Notes: generated from the letters alone by a model not told the origin. DNA of 64,000 nt from Bacteroidota bacterium (GCA_039797705.1 JBDKHK010000014.1:10758-74757); one strand, 5' to 3'. Numbered from the stretch's first letter, positions 38,087 through 48,409 are shown. Numbers and translations are program-made.

Positions 38087-38094
38087 CAAAATTA
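38087..38094 (-). promoter_or_regulatory. -7 box TAATTTTG upstream of the TolC gene
   Basis: The minus strand reads TAATTTTG 19 nt before the ATG. Confidence 0.45.
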
Positions 38095-38168
38095 ACAGAA
38101 AATATGCTAAGATGTTTATAATAAAAAACAAATAGTAATTTATATCTTCAATTTGTAAATACTAAAGT

Positions 38169-38591
38169 ATGTTAGATTTAGATTTGTTTTTTATGCAGGA
38201 AGCGATGAAATTAGCTAAACAGGCTTTTGATGAAGATGAAGTACCAATTGGTGCAGTAGTGGTACAGGGAGATAAAATTATTGGTAAAGGATATAATCAA
38301 GTAGAAAAACTAAACGACCCGACGGCGCACGCTGAAATTTTAGCTATCACAGCCGCCTGCAATTTTTTGGGAAGTAAATATTTAGACAAATGTACTTTGT
38401 ATGTTACCCTAGAACCCTGCATGATGTGCACCGGCGCAATTCGAGAAGCGCAAATACCTAAAATCGTTTATGCCGCCACGGATGCTTCTCATCGTAAATT
38501 ATCTCCTGATTTATTTGAAACAAAAAAAGGAATTTTAGAAGCCGAAGCCTCCAAACTGATAAAAGATTTTTTCAAACGAAAAAGAATGTGA
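38169..38591 (+). CDS. tadA: tRNA adenosine(34) deaminase
   Basis: HAEILAI and PCMMCTGA are the CDA zinc-binding motifs. 140 aa. Confidence 0.92.
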   Translation: MLDLDLFFMQEAMKLAKQAFDEDEVPIGAVVVQGDKIIGKGYNQVEKLNDPTAHAEILAITAACNFLGSKYLDKCTLYVTLEPCMMCTGAIREAQIPKIVYAATDASHRKLSPDLFETKKGILEAEASKLIKDFFKRKRM

Positions 38592-38617
38592 TTCGTTATT
38601 AAGTGTTGCTATATATC

Positions 38618-39076
38618 TCACCTCTCCAATTCTTTTCCGAAATCTTCAATTGCTACGCTAACTTGCTCAATTACTTCATTAAAAGCTTTGAGTTGTTTGG
38701 GTGATAATTTTTCAGTGATTTTTTTTTCTAAATCAAAAACAGTTTTTAATGCAATTTTACGCAATTTTGTTCCTTCGGGAGTTAGAAAAACTAAAACTTT
38801 TCGTTGGTCATTTTCGTCTGGTTTTCGAATAATGGCACCCGTTTCTGCCAAAATATTTAAAGTGCGAGAAAGACTGTTTGGTTCCATTCCAATACGTGGA
38901 GCTATTTTTGTTACCGGCACACCGCCCTCTTCATAAATAGCCATCAATACAAAAGCCATAGAAATAGTACCATTATACAAATGTGCTTTATCGTTAAATG
39001 CTTTAGCCAAATTCAACCAAGAAGTTCGCAAGTGATATAACACCATTTGGTTGGCTGTCTGCTCAAATAAATCCAT
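38618..39076 (-). CDS. MarR-family transcriptional regulator
   Basis: Winged-helix core (VTKIAPRIGMEPNSLSRTLNILAETGAIIRKPDENDQRKVLVFLTPEG). Confidence 0.88.
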   Translation of the reverse strand: MDLFEQTANQMVLYHLRTSWLNLAKAFNDKAHLYNGTISMAFVLMAIYEEGGVPVTKIAPRIGMEPNSLSRTLNILAETGAIIRKPDENDQRKVLVFLTPEGTKLRKIALKTVFDLEKKITEKLSPKQLKAFNEVIEQVSVAIEDFGKELER

Positions 39077-39210
39077 AGCCTAAAAATAAAAAATAATAAA
39101 GTATCTAGTGTATAGTTGAGCTAAAATAATAAATGCATGCATTGAAAAATATCTTAAGTTATTTGTTGTGCTATATTAATTTGTAAATTTTTTTTGAATA
39201 ATTAGTTTTT

Positions 39211-39235
39211 TTGATTTGTAAAAAGCCCAAATCAA
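39211..39235. promoter_or_regulatory. 8-bp inverted repeat in the MarR/porin divergent region
   Basis: TTGATTTG-n9-CAAATCAA. Confidence 0.35.
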
Positions 39236-39393
39236 CTCAATCTTATGTTACATCAGTAAGGATAAAATATAAAGACAATATTAATTAACGTAATAAAACA
39301 CTTAAAACTGATTTTTATCATGTCAGCACATGGCATTAGTCATGCAAAAGTCTTTTTTACTCCATCACTTTTGTACATACAAAATCATTTTTT

Positions 39394-40770
39394 ATGTTTT
39401 TACTTAATCATATTTTAAATAAAGAAAAAATTTCACTGCTGTTAATTGCTTTTTTAATGGTTTCATTTAATTTAAAAGCACAAGAAGCAGCAGATACCGC
39501 AGAACACAAATTCAATATTGGCGGACAATTTAGGCCGAGAGTAGAATTTAGATATGGCACATTCCGCCCGATGAATAAAGGCGAGAAACCAGCTGCATTT
39601 ATTAGCGACCGATTGCGATTGTCCTTTGAGTATTCTTATAAAAACTTATTGACGTTGAAAGTTGCACCGCAAGTAGTTAGCATTTGGGGGCAAGCAAATA
39701 TGGTGCAAGGCGCTGAAAATAGTGGAAATAAATTTTCTGTTTTTGAAGCGTGGGCAATTTTAAATGCAACGCCTAATTGGAGTTTTAAAATAGGAAGACA
39801 AGTTATCTCTTTAGACGATGAACGTTTCTTTGGTGAATTGGATTGGGCACAAGGTGCACGGGCACATGATGCAATTTCAGTACAATTCAGCAAAAAAAAA
39901 TATGAACTAAAAGGTTTCTTTGCTTATAATCAAAACTACAAAGCACTTTATGCAAATAATATGAACAATCCTTCTGGAAATTTATATTCCACATCAGATG
40001 CTTTCCCGCATAAATGGATGCAAACCATTTGGGCTTCTTTCCCTATAAAAGATAAATCTAAAGTAACTCTTTTGGTAAATAACTTAGGTTTCCAACAAGC
40101 AAATTCGGCTAAAAGTGACACACTCGATCATACTACTCGATATACTCAAACATTTGGTGCTAACTTTTTTCATAATGCCAAAGGATTGTCTGCCAATCTT
40201 GCTGCTTATTACCAACGCGGACAAAATTTAACCAGCAAAAACATACAAGCATATATGTTTGCTGCCTATATAGGATATGACATAAAGAAACAATGGCATA
40301 TCGGCGTGGGAAGTGATTTTGTAAGCGGAAATAAAATAGGAATTCCTATAGCTGTAAATAATTCGTTCACTCCATATTTTCATACAGGGCATAAATTCTA
40401 CGGGAACATGGACTATTTCTACGCAGGAAATGGACATAAAAATGCAGGACTTTCGGATACTTATCTAAAATTAAATTTTAAATCAGAAAAAGGATATTCA
40501 TTCTTGATGGTATTCCACCAGTTTGTAGCTCCTTATAAAGTAATGAGTGGTGCAAAAAAATATGCCAAAAACTTAGGTCAAGAAATGGATTTGTCTTTTA
40601 ACTATAAGATAAATAAATTTGTAGCAATTACAGGAGGTTATTCTTTCTATTTAGCTAATTCAACAATAAAATATTTAAAAGATACTCCTACAGCCGGAAT
40701 TTATCAACAATGGGCTTGGATGGCTTTAAATATTAACCCAACCTTTTATAAAACTAAAAATAAACATTAA
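39394..40770 (+). CDS. Outer-membrane beta-barrel, alginate-export-like porin
   Basis: Signal peptide, GGQFRPRVEFRYG and LDDERFFGELDWAQGARAHDA as in the alginate export (AlgE-like) family, and alternating beta-strand pattern throughout. Confidence 0.65.
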   Translation: MFLLNHILNKEKISLLLIAFLMVSFNLKAQEAADTAEHKFNIGGQFRPRVEFRYGTFRPMNKGEKPAAFISDRLRLSFEYSYKNLLTLKVAPQVVSIWGQANMVQGAENSGNKFSVFEAWAILNATPNWSFKIGRQVISLDDERFFGELDWAQGARAHDAISVQFSKKKYELKGFFAYNQNYKALYANNMNNPSGNLYSTSDAFPHKWMQTIWASFPIKDKSKVTLLVNNLGFQQANSAKSDTLDHTTRYTQTFGANFFHNAKGLSANLAAYYQRGQNLTSKNIQAYMFAAYIGYDIKKQWHIGVGSDFVSGNKIGIPIAVNNSFTPYFHTGHKFYGNMDYFYAGNGHKNAGLSDTYLKLNFKSEKGYSFLMVFHQFVAPYKVMSGAKKYAKNLGQEMDLSFNYKINKFVAITGGYSFYLANSTIKYLKDTPTAGIYQQWAWMALNINPTFYKTKNKH

Positions 40771-40811
40771 ACAAAATCAAACTAAATACTTAAACACTAA
40801 ATTTGTCTATT

Positions 40812-41855
40812 ATGAAAACAAAACATTTAATTCTGAGTGCAACAGCAATGGTTGTTCTTGCACTCACAAGTTGTAAACAAAATGCTGGAAATTCTAACGA
40901 ATCAGGCATCAATATGGTAGCATCTGGCGAGCCTGAATTGGCAGAAATTACAGGAGCACCCCATGTTCCCGCTCCAATAGGAAACAGAGGTCCTAAAAAA
41001 TTAATAGTAAATCTTGAAACCACCGAAATGGAAGGAATTATCGCAGATAGTATTCCTTATACTTTTTGGACATTTAACCACACCGTTCCTGGTAGCTTTA
41101 TTAGAATAAGAGTAGGAGATGAGGTGACGCTTAATTTAAAAAATGATGCTAAAAGTGTTTTACCACACAATATAGACCTTCATGCTGTTACAGGACCAGG
41201 AGGTGGCGCAGCAGCTACTACTTCTGCTCCGGGTAAAGAATCTTCATTCACGTTCAAAGCATTAAATCCTGGTTTGTATGTATATCACTGTGCAGCTCCT
41301 CCAGTGCCTATGCATATTGGTAATGGTATGTATGGTTTAATATTAGTAGAGCCAGCAGGAGGTTTACCAAAAGTAGATAAAGAATACTACATTATGCAAG
41401 GTGATTTCTATACAAAAGCATCTGTAATAAAGAAAGGCTTGTTAGAATTTGATAACGATAAAGCAGTAGCTGAAACTCCTGACTATGTTTTATTCAACGG
41501 TAAAAAAGGTTCTTTATTAGGGGCTAATATGTTGGAAGCTAAAGTAGGTGAAACAGTTCGATTGTTTGTAGGTAACGGTGGTCCTAACTTAACTTCTTCT
41601 TTCCACGTAATTGGCGAAATATTTGACAATGTATATATAGAAGGAGGTTCACTCATTTCTCATAATATCCAAACAACTATGATTCCTGCCGGTGGTGCTA
41701 CCATTGTAGAGTTTAAATGTGAAGTTCCAGGTGAATTTGTTATCGTGGATCACTCTCTTTCTAGAGCATTCAACAAAGGTGCTATTGGAAAACTAAAAGT
41801 AACCGGAGATGCTAATCCGAAAGTATTTAACGCTACATCATCAGTTAAAGAATAA
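40812..41855 (+). CDS. nirK: Copper-containing nitrite reductase, AniA-type lipoprotein
   Basis: [19 protein letters not shown] and [26 protein letters not shown] carry the T1/T2 copper ligands. The N-terminal LALTSC lipobox follows the ATG at 40812. Confidence 0.93.
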   Translation: MKTKHLILSATAMVVLALTSCKQNAGNSNESGINMVASGEPELAEITGAPHVPAPIGNRGPKKLIVNLETTEMEGIIADSIPYTFWTFNHTVPGSFIRIRVGDEVTLNLKNDAKSVLPHNIDLHAVTGPGGGAAATTSAPGKESSFTFKALNPGLYVYHCAAPPVPMHIGNGMYGLILVEPAGGLPKVDKEYYIMQGDFYTKASVIKKGLLEFDNDKAVAETPDYVLFNGKKGSLLGANMLEAKVGETVRLFVGNGGPNLTSSFHVIGEIFDNVYIEGGSLISHNIQTTMIPAGGATIVEFKCEVPGEFVIVDHSLSRAFNKGAIGKLKVTGDANPKVFNATSSVKE

Positions 41856-41877
41856 CAATATAAATTTAAGTAACGAA

Positions 41878-42732
41878 ATGAATAAGTTTTTTGTAAGTAT
41901 AATTATCATATTACTGTTTGTTGCTTGTGCTAAAAAGCAAGCATCTAAAGAAGTAAATGATACAAAAAAATCAACTATTTCAGTTTCGCTACAACCAATA
42001 TCAACTGACGTAAAGATGGTTTATATTCCCGGAGGGGAATATAAACCTTTTTATGGTTCAGATACCGCAATAGCAAAAGTTGCACCTTTCCAAATAGATG
42101 AAAGAGCGGTAACCAATCGAGAATTTTTGGAATTTGTCAAAGCAAATCCACAATGGAGAAAATCCAATATCAAAAGAATATACGCAGATACTACCTATTT
42201 GCATGATTGGGTATCTGATATTTCTATACCTAAAGGGGCAAAATTAGACGCACCAGTATGTTATGTGTCTTGGTTTGCTGCTAAAGCGTATGCACAAAGT
42301 GTCGGAAAACGATTGCCAACATTAGATGAATGGGAATTTGTAGCGATGGCTGATGAAATAACTCCCAACGCACGTAATAAGCGAGCATATTCTGATGCTA
42401 TTATTGGATTATATTCACAAAAAGAAAGACAATATAACGCAGTCAAACAAAGTCCTCCAAACTACTGGGGTGTTTATAATGTTTTTGATTTAATTTGGGA
42501 GTGGACAGATGATTTTAATTCTGTTTTAACCACCGGCGACTCCCGAGTAGGTGAGTACGACGACAAAGGCTTGTTTTGTGCGGGTAGTGCTACCAGCGCA
42601 ACAGACGCAATGAATTACGCAGCCTTTATGCGCTTTGCTTTGCGAGGTTCTATAAAAGCAAATTATACATTGGCAAATCTGGGTTTTAGATGTGCAAAAG
42701 ATACTATCCTATTGCTTAACGAAAAAAAATAA
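41878..42732 (+). CDS. Formylglycine-generating-enzyme (SUMF1) family lipoprotein, NirV-like
   Basis: The ATG at 41878 gives a signal peptide with a VAC lipobox. ERAVTNREFLEFV, PVCYVSWFAAKAYA, NVFDLIWEWTDD and GFRCA are FGE-sulfatase fold motifs. It lies directly downstream of nirK, as nirV does in proteobacteria. Confidence 0.8.
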   Translation: MNKFFVSIIIILLFVACAKKQASKEVNDTKKSTISVSLQPISTDVKMVYIPGGEYKPFYGSDTAIAKVAPFQIDERAVTNREFLEFVKANPQWRKSNIKRIYADTTYLHDWVSDISIPKGAKLDAPVCYVSWFAAKAYAQSVGKRLPTLDEWEFVAMADEITPNARNKRAYSDAIIGLYSQKERQYNAVKQSPPNYWGVYNVFDLIWEWTDDFNSVLTTGDSRVGEYDDKGLFCAGSATSATDAMNYAAFMRFALRGSIKANYTLANLGFRCAKDTILLLNEKK

Positions 42733-42735
42733 TCA

Positions 42736-43320
42736 ATGAAAATTTTAAGTTTAATCTTTGCTTCCTTATTATTATTCTCTGCTTGCAATAACCATGAGAA
42801 GAAAGTATCTAAAGAAATTCCATCTAATTCTATTTTCAATCTTACTTCGCAATGGCAAAATCAAAATGGAGATACTTTGTTATTAAAAAATCTTCAAGGT
42901 AAAACATTAGTAGTGGTAATGATTTACACCACTTGTAAATCTGCTTGCCCAATTTTAGTATCTAAAATGAAAGATATTGAATCAAAAATATCTCGAAAAG
43001 ACATCAACGATGTCTCTTTGGTATTGGTTTCTATAGACCCCGAAACAGACACACCTCCTTTTTTAAAGAAATTTGCAGAAACCAGAAAAATGACCGAACC
43101 ACAATGGGTTTTTCTAACTTCTAATGAGGATAATACCAACGAATTTGCCAATGTGCTTTCCATGAAATTTAAAAAAATATCACCTGTAGATTTCTCCCAT
43201 TCCAATATCATCAGTGTGTTTAATCCTAAAGGACAATTAGTAAGTCAGGAACAAGGATTGGAGATAAACGTAGATAAAATAGTAGAAATAGTGACCAAAA
43301 CGGTTAAAGAAAATAAATAA
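42736..43320 (+). CDS. SCO1/SenC-family copper chaperone
   Basis: Lipobox (FSAC), thioredoxin fold with CKSACP (CxxxC), and a downstream His (DFSHS). Confidence 0.85.
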   Translation: MKILSLIFASLLLFSACNNHEKKVSKEIPSNSIFNLTSQWQNQNGDTLLLKNLQGKTLVVVMIYTTCKSACPILVSKMKDIESKISRKDINDVSLVLVSIDPETDTPPFLKKFAETRKMTEPQWVFLTSNEDNTNEFANVLSMKFKKISPVDFSHSNIISVFNPKGQLVSQEQGLEINVDKIVEIVTKTVKENK

Positions 43321-43370
43321 TTTGTTTATATTCTTTCCAATACCCTATTTAAAATTGCTTTTCAAATAAT

Positions 43371-43378
43371 TACCTTTG
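43371..43378 (+). promoter_or_regulatory. -7 box TACCTTTG, 4 nt before alaS ATG
   Basis: TACCTTTG-tgga-ATG. Confidence 0.5.
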
Positions 43379-43382
43379 TGGA

Positions 43383-46016
43383 ATGAAAAGTAATCTATCT
43401 GCTCAAGAAATTCGTGAAACATTCTTATCATTCTTTAAAAGCAAGGGACATCAAATTGTGCCTTCTGCTCCTGTTGTTGTAAAAAACGACCCTACTTTGT
43501 TGTTTACCAATGCAGGAATGAATCAATTTAAAGATTATTTTTTGGGCAATGCCAAGCCTGAAAATCCAAGAATTGCCGATACTCAAAAATGTTTGCGTGT
43601 GTCTGGTAAGCATAATGATTTGGAGGAAGTTGGAGTAGATACTTACCATCATACCATGTTTGAAATGTTGGGAAATTGGAGTTTTGGAGATTATTTTAAA
43701 GAAGAAGCTATAGCATGGAGTTGGGAATTGCTGACAGAAGTATTGAAATTAGATAAAAACCGTTTGTACGTAACAATTTTTGAAGGAGATGAAAAAGAAA
43801 ATTTACCCAAAGATACAGAGTCTTATGCTTTTTGGAAACAATGGATTGCAGAAGACAAAATTTTATTAGGCAATAAAAAAGATAATTTTTGGGAAATGGG
43901 CGATACCGGTCCGTGCGGCCCATGTACGGAAATACATGTAGATTGCCGTACAGAAGAAGAACGCACACAAGTAGCAGGAAAAAATTTAGTAAATGCCGAT
44001 CATCCGCAAGTAATTGAAATATGGAACAACGTATTTATTCAATACAACAGAAAAAAAGACGGCAGCCTTGAATTATTACCCGCAAAACACGTGGATACCG
44101 GAATGGGTTTTGAACGTTTGGTGCGTGTCTTGCAAGGCAAAACATCTAATTATGATACAGATGTATTTTCTGGAACGATTGCTGCAACTGAAAATATAGT
44201 AAATAAAAAATATGATGGCAGCGACAGCAAAGAAGCTATCGCTTTCCGAGTGTTGGCGGATCATATTCGAGCAGTTTGTTTTACCATTGCTGACGGGCAA
44301 TTGCCAAGCAATACTGGCGCAGGTTATGTAATTCGCAGAATTTTAAGAAGAGCCGTTCGTTATTATTTTTCTTATTTAAACAGAAAAGAACCTTTGTTGC
44401 ATTTATTGGTGCCAGTGTTGGCAAAACAATTTGAAAATGTATTTCCTGAATTGCAAAAGCAACTAGATTTTGTAAGCCGTGTAGTTTTAGAAGAAGAAAA
44501 TGCTTTCTTAAAAACGTTGGATAATGGATTGAAAAGATTAGACCATGTCATCAAAGAATCAGCTAACATAATTGATGGAAAAGCAGCTTTTGAATTATTA
44601 GATACTTACGGTTTCCCGATAGATTTAACTAATTTAATTGCTTCGGAAAATGGATTGAAAGTAGATGAAAGTGGATTTGAGGAAGAATTGCAAAAACAAA
44701 AAGAACGCAGCCGTGCAGCAACAGAATTAAATGTGGACGATTGGGTAAATTTGCAAGATGGAAAATCTGTTTTTGTAGGATATGACACATTAGAAACAAA
44801 AGCAAAGGTTTTAAAATATAGAAAGATAAAATCAAAAGGGAAGGAACAATATCAAATCGTGTTGGATAAAACGCCCTTCTATGCAGAAAGTGGCGGACAA
44901 GTAGGAGATGTTGGGAGTTTAAGAATTCAACATTCAGACTTAATTATTACAGATACGAAAAAAGAAAATGATTTAATTGTTCATTTTGTAGATGAAATTC
45001 CTGAAGATTTAAATGGCGAAGTAATTGCAAGTGTAAATAAAGAAACACGTCGCAAAACTACGATTCATCATTCCGCAACACATTTATTGCAGGCAGCATT
45101 ACAACAAGTATTAGGAAAACATATTGCACAAAAAGGCTCATTGAATAATGCTGAATATTTGCGTTTCGATTTTTCTCATTTTGCAAAAATGACCAACGAA
45201 GAAATTGAAAAAGTAGAAAATATAGTAAACGAAAAAATACGTGCAAATATTCCTGTTGTCATAAAAGAAATGTCAAAAGAAGATGCCGTAAAATTAGGCG
45301 CAATGGCATTGTTCGGCGAAAAATATGGCGATGTCGTGCGTGTTGTTATTATGGATGAAAAATATTCCATCGAATTGTGTGGAGGAACGCACGTAGGCAA
45401 TACTGGAGAATTGGGTTTGTTTAAAATTACGTCTGAAAGTGCCGTGGCAGCAGGCGTTCGTCGTGTGGAGGCAGTATGCGGCGAAGCCGCTTTGGAATTT
45501 GTTAACTCAATCATTGGTCAATTTGAAAATGTAAAATCAGAATTAAAAAATCCAAAAGATATACTAAAATCCATTCAACAATTACAGGAAGAAAATGTAA
45601 GTTTGAAAAAGGAAATTGAAAAATTTCATTTGGAAAAAGTAGAAGCAGTAAAACATCAATTGCGCTCCAAAGTAACGAATAGAAATAGTGCGAATGTATT
45701 ATTTGAAAAAGTAGAAGATGTAAATGCAGAAGGCATAAAAAAAATCCAATTTGATTTAAAAAATGAATTTGAAAATTTGTTTTTTGCAGCCGTAACAGTG
45801 ATAAATGATAAACCATTTATTTCTATCATTATTTCAGAAGATTTGGTGAAAGATAAAAAATTGCACGCAGGAAATATGGTGAAAGAATTAGCCAAAGCAA
45901 TCAAAGGCGGCGGCGGCGGACAACCGTTTTATGCAACTGCCGGCGGTACTGATATTAGCGGAATAGACACGGTATTGCGCCAAGCAGAAGAATTATTTTT
46001 GGTACAAACAGCTTAA
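43383..46016 (+). CDS. alaS: Alanine--tRNA ligase
   Basis: FTNAGMNQFK, KHHTMFEMLGNWSFGDYFK, the editing-domain HSATHLL...CGGTHV, and a C-terminal DHHA1 GGGGG. Confidence 0.96.
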   Translation: MKSNLSAQEIRETFLSFFKSKGHQIVPSAPVVVKNDPTLLFTNAGMNQFKDYFLGNAKPENPRIADTQKCLRVSGKHNDLEEVGVDTYHHTMFEMLGNWSFGDYFKEEAIAWSWELLTEVLKLDKNRLYVTIFEGDEKENLPKDTESYAFWKQWIAEDKILLGNKKDNFWEMGDTGPCGPCTEIHVDCRTEEERTQVAGKNLVNADHPQVIEIWNNVFIQYNRKKDGSLELLPAKHVDTGMGFERLVRVLQGKTSNYDTDVFSGTIAATENIVNKKYDGSDSKEAIAFRVLADHIRAVCFTIADGQLPSNTGAGYVIRRILRRAVRYYFSYLNRKEPLLHLLVPVLAKQFENVFPELQKQLDFVSRVVLEEENAFLKTLDNGLKRLDHVIKESANIIDGKAAFELLDTYGFPIDLTNLIASENGLKVDESGFEEELQKQKERSRAATELNVDDWVNLQDGKSVFVGYDTLETKAKVLKYRKIKSKGKEQYQIVLDKTPFYAESGGQVGDVGSLRIQHSDLIITDTKKENDLIVHFVDEIPEDLNGEVIASVNKETRRKTTIHHSATHLLQAALQQVLGKHIAQKGSLNNAEYLRFDFSHFAKMTNEEIEKVENIVNEKIRANIPVVIKEMSKEDAVKLGAMALFGEKYGDVVRVVIMDEKYSIELCGGTHVGNTGELGLFKITSESAVAAGVRRVEAVCGEAALEFVNSIIGQFENVKSELKNPKDILKSIQQLQEENVSLKKEIEKFHLEKVEAVKHQLRSKVTNRNSANVLFEKVEDVNAEGIKKIQFDLKNEFENLFFAAVTVINDKPFISIIISEDLVKDKKLHAGNMVKELAKAIKGGGGGQPFYATAGGTDISGIDTVLRQAEELFLVQTA

Positions 46017-46033
46017 GGATATTTGAGATTCTC

Positions 46034-46717
46034 TTAGTTTTTAATCTTATTTATCATTAAATTAATTTCCTTTGCAAGCAGAATGTTCTCTTCGTAGCCT
46101 TCTATTAGTGAAACAGCAGTTTGCCTATTTAAATTTAGTTTTGATTTAACAATCGGCTGTATAATAGCATCCTTTAAATTATTGCTTAATCCTAATAATT
46201 CAATGAGCGCATAAATTCGTTCGTTGTAGCTTTTTTCTACATCTTCCAAAGGCGGCATATTCTCTTGATAATAATCCAGTATTAAACTTTTGAGTTCATC
46301 ATTTTCAATGTATCCAATTTTCCCACTTGATTTATATCCCTCATAATTTCCATTATTCATTTTTCTGGTAATTATATGGAAATTTACCGCCTGATTTTTG
46401 ATGCTATCAATGTGTTGTTTAGATAGATATTTTAAAGTATCGTAATCTTTTATAGCAGTAAGCAGATGCAATTTTTCATTATTCATTTTGGAAATATCTT
46501 TGATTAAATCTGCTTTTACATCCATTAAAAATTCTTTGGCTTCTGCTTGTTGATGTCTATGTTCACTCCAACCGTGTAGCCAAATAGATAAAGTTACAGC
46601 AAAAACAATAATAAAAATTTCTATAATGATTTCTGTTGTTTTTTCTCTAAAAGTATGATTCGGATTTTTTGCTGTCTTATAAATTTTCTTCGTGTGTTTT
46701 AATATTTCGTCTTGCAT
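46034..46717 (-). CDS. Hypothetical membrane-anchored protein (possibly DUF6090-like)
   Basis: A single N-terminal TM helix followed by a helical soluble domain. The family assignment rests only on a vague pattern memory. Confidence 0.45.
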   Translation of the reverse strand: MQDEILKHTKKIYKTAKNPNHTFREKTTEIIIEIFIIVFAVTLSIWLHGWSEHRHQQAEAKEFLMDVKADLIKDISKMNNEKLHLLTAIKDYDTLKYLSKQHIDSIKNQAVNFHIITRKMNNGNYEGYKSSGKIGYIENDELKSLILDYYQENMPPLEDVEKSYNERIYALIELLGLSNNLKDAIIQPIVKSKLNLNRQTAVSLIEGYEENILLAKEINLMINKIKN

Positions 46718-46782
46718 AATTGTGTTTAAAGATGTTTTCTTTCATAAAAAATGGTAATACAATATAAATACAACCAATTCTT

Positions 46783-46790
46783 CAAAGATA
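46783..46790 (-). promoter_or_regulatory. -7 box TATCTTTG upstream of the 46034-46717 gene
   Basis: The minus strand reads TATCTTTG about 65 nt before the ATG. Confidence 0.35.
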
Positions 46791-46980
46791 AAAAAAATGA
46801 AATGAATTTATTACTCTTACACCTAATTGGAGGCATACTTTGAGATGTGATTTTAATTATACGATGTGTTGTATTCGGTTTTTCGGCAAATACTTGGAAT
46901 AATATTTGTATTATAAACCAAAATAATGCAAAAATTATTGATTTTGAACTAATTTTAAACTAATATTGTTTTAAATACAG

Positions 46981-47580
46981 ATGCAAATCATGAAAAATAG
47001 ATTTTTAAATATATGGACTGTGATGCTGTTGTTGGTCAGTTGTAATGCTAATAACAATATGAATACTGCCAGCGCAGCGAATGCAGTTAATGGAAAAACC
47101 ATGTATGATTTTACCATGAAAGACATAGATGGTAAGGATGTTCCATTGTCCAATTATAAAGGTAAAATTGTAGTGATAGTGAATACTGCCAGCCAATGTG
47201 GTTTAGTAGGTCAGTTGAGTGAAATTGAAGCATTTTATAAAAAATATAAGGATAAAGGCGTAGTTGTTTTAGGATTTCCCGCTAATAATTTCTTAGGGCA
47301 AGAACCTTTAAGCAATGCTGATATTAAAACATTTTGTACAAAAAATTATGGAGTTACTTTTCCGATGTTTTCAAAAATATCTGTAAAGGGAAATGATATT
47401 GCTCCTCTTTATAAATTCTTAACTGAAATAGAAGAGAATGGCGTAGTAGATGCTCCTATTAAATGGAATTATCAAAAATTTATTATTGATAGAAATGGCA
47501 AAGTAGTTTGCTCTATAACACCGCGTACCACTGTCAATGACCAAGAGTTTTTGCAAAATATTGAAGACTTACTAAAGTAA
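46981..47580 (+). CDS. Glutathione peroxidase (Cys-type), probable lipoprotein
   Basis: NTASQCGL (catalytic Cys), GFPANNFLGQEP and KWNYQKF are GPx motifs. The N-terminus has an LLVSC lipobox. Confidence 0.9.
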   Translation: MQIMKNRFLNIWTVMLLLVSCNANNNMNTASAANAVNGKTMYDFTMKDIDGKDVPLSNYKGKIVVIVNTASQCGLVGQLSEIEAFYKKYKDKGVVVLGFPANNFLGQEPLSNADIKTFCTKNYGVTFPMFSKISVKGNDIAPLYKFLTEIEENGVVDAPIKWNYQKFIIDRNGKVVCSITPRTTVNDQEFLQNIEDLLK

Positions 47581-47604
47581 AATAGAGTCAGAAGCAGAAA
47601 TCTG

Positions 47605-47636
47605 AGGTTTGGAGAAATCCAAACCTTTTCTTATTT
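47605..47636 (+). terminator. Rho-independent terminator after the glutathione peroxidase gene
   Basis: 8-bp stem aggtttgg/ccaaacct with a 6-nt loop, followed by tttcttatttt. Confidence 0.7.
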
Positions 47637-47642
47637 TGAGAA

Positions 47643-48380
47643 ATGCTTTTGGATAAAAATATTATTTTTAGAAGAAAACGCCTGCCACAAAATCATGTTT
47701 TTACGGCAAACTATCCATTGGAAGAGTATTTTTTTTCAATGGAAATTAATCAACATAAATTTGAAATTAACACAGTTCATGTAAAATCGAATAAGCCCAA
47801 AGGCTGGGTATTTTATTTACACGGAACTAAGCATCATATACAATATCACTTAGCCAAAATAGATACATTTTTAGCCCAACAATATGATGTAGTGATGATG
47901 GATTATCCTCAATATGGTAAAAGCAATGGAATACTAACAGAGGATACTATTTATAAAGTAGTAGAACAAACTTATTTTCAATCTTTGCAAAAAATACCAT
48001 TGAGTGGTGAAATGGTTTTGGTGGGTCGTTCATTAGGAACGGCACTGGCAAGTAATTTGGCAACCAAAATTACAGTAAAAAATACAATATTGATTTCACC
48101 ATATTATAGTATGCCAGATTTATTTCAGCATAAAACAAAAATATTTTCTTTTAAGAAATTGAATTTTAAATTTGAAAATCATTCACATTTGCAACAAGCT
48201 TTGGGCAATATTTATATATTGCACGGAACGGCAGATAAACTCATCCCGATAATGTTGGCTCAAAAATTACAACCGTTATTAAAATCAGCAGAGTATTTTT
48301 TTGCCATTGACAATGCCAATCATTTCAATATCCATAAGAAAGAAAAATATCGGCAAATAATTGCCGATATACTTTCTTAG
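47643..48380 (+). CDS. Alpha/beta hydrolase
   Basis: Nucleophile elbow GRSLGT and a late HGTADKLIP segment typical of the fold. Confidence 0.75.
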   Translation: MLLDKNIIFRRKRLPQNHVFTANYPLEEYFFSMEINQHKFEINTVHVKSNKPKGWVFYLHGTKHHIQYHLAKIDTFLAQQYDVVMMDYPQYGKSNGILTEDTIYKVVEQTYFQSLQKIPLSGEMVLVGRSLGTALASNLATKITVKNTILISPYYSMPDLFQHKTKIFSFKKLNFKFENHSHLQQALGNIYILHGTADKLIPIMLAQKLQPLLKSAEYFFAIDNANHFNIHKKEKYRQIIADILS

Positions 48381-48409
48381 AGGTGTTTTCCTCCAATCTA
48401 TAATTATTT

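Noticed and set aside
39211-39235. Reading the inverted repeat as an FNR/Dnr/NnrR box controlling nirK.
   Set aside because: FNR-family sites are TTGAT-N4-ATCAA. Here the TTGAT and ATCAA pentamers are 15 nt apart. I kept it only as a generic operator candidate.
41809-41877. Upstream extension of the FGE-like ORF overlapping the nirK 3' end.
   Set aside because: The extension ([23 protein letters not shown]) is not signal-peptide-like. The ATG at 41878 yields a clean lipoprotein signal and a 22-nt gap after nirK.
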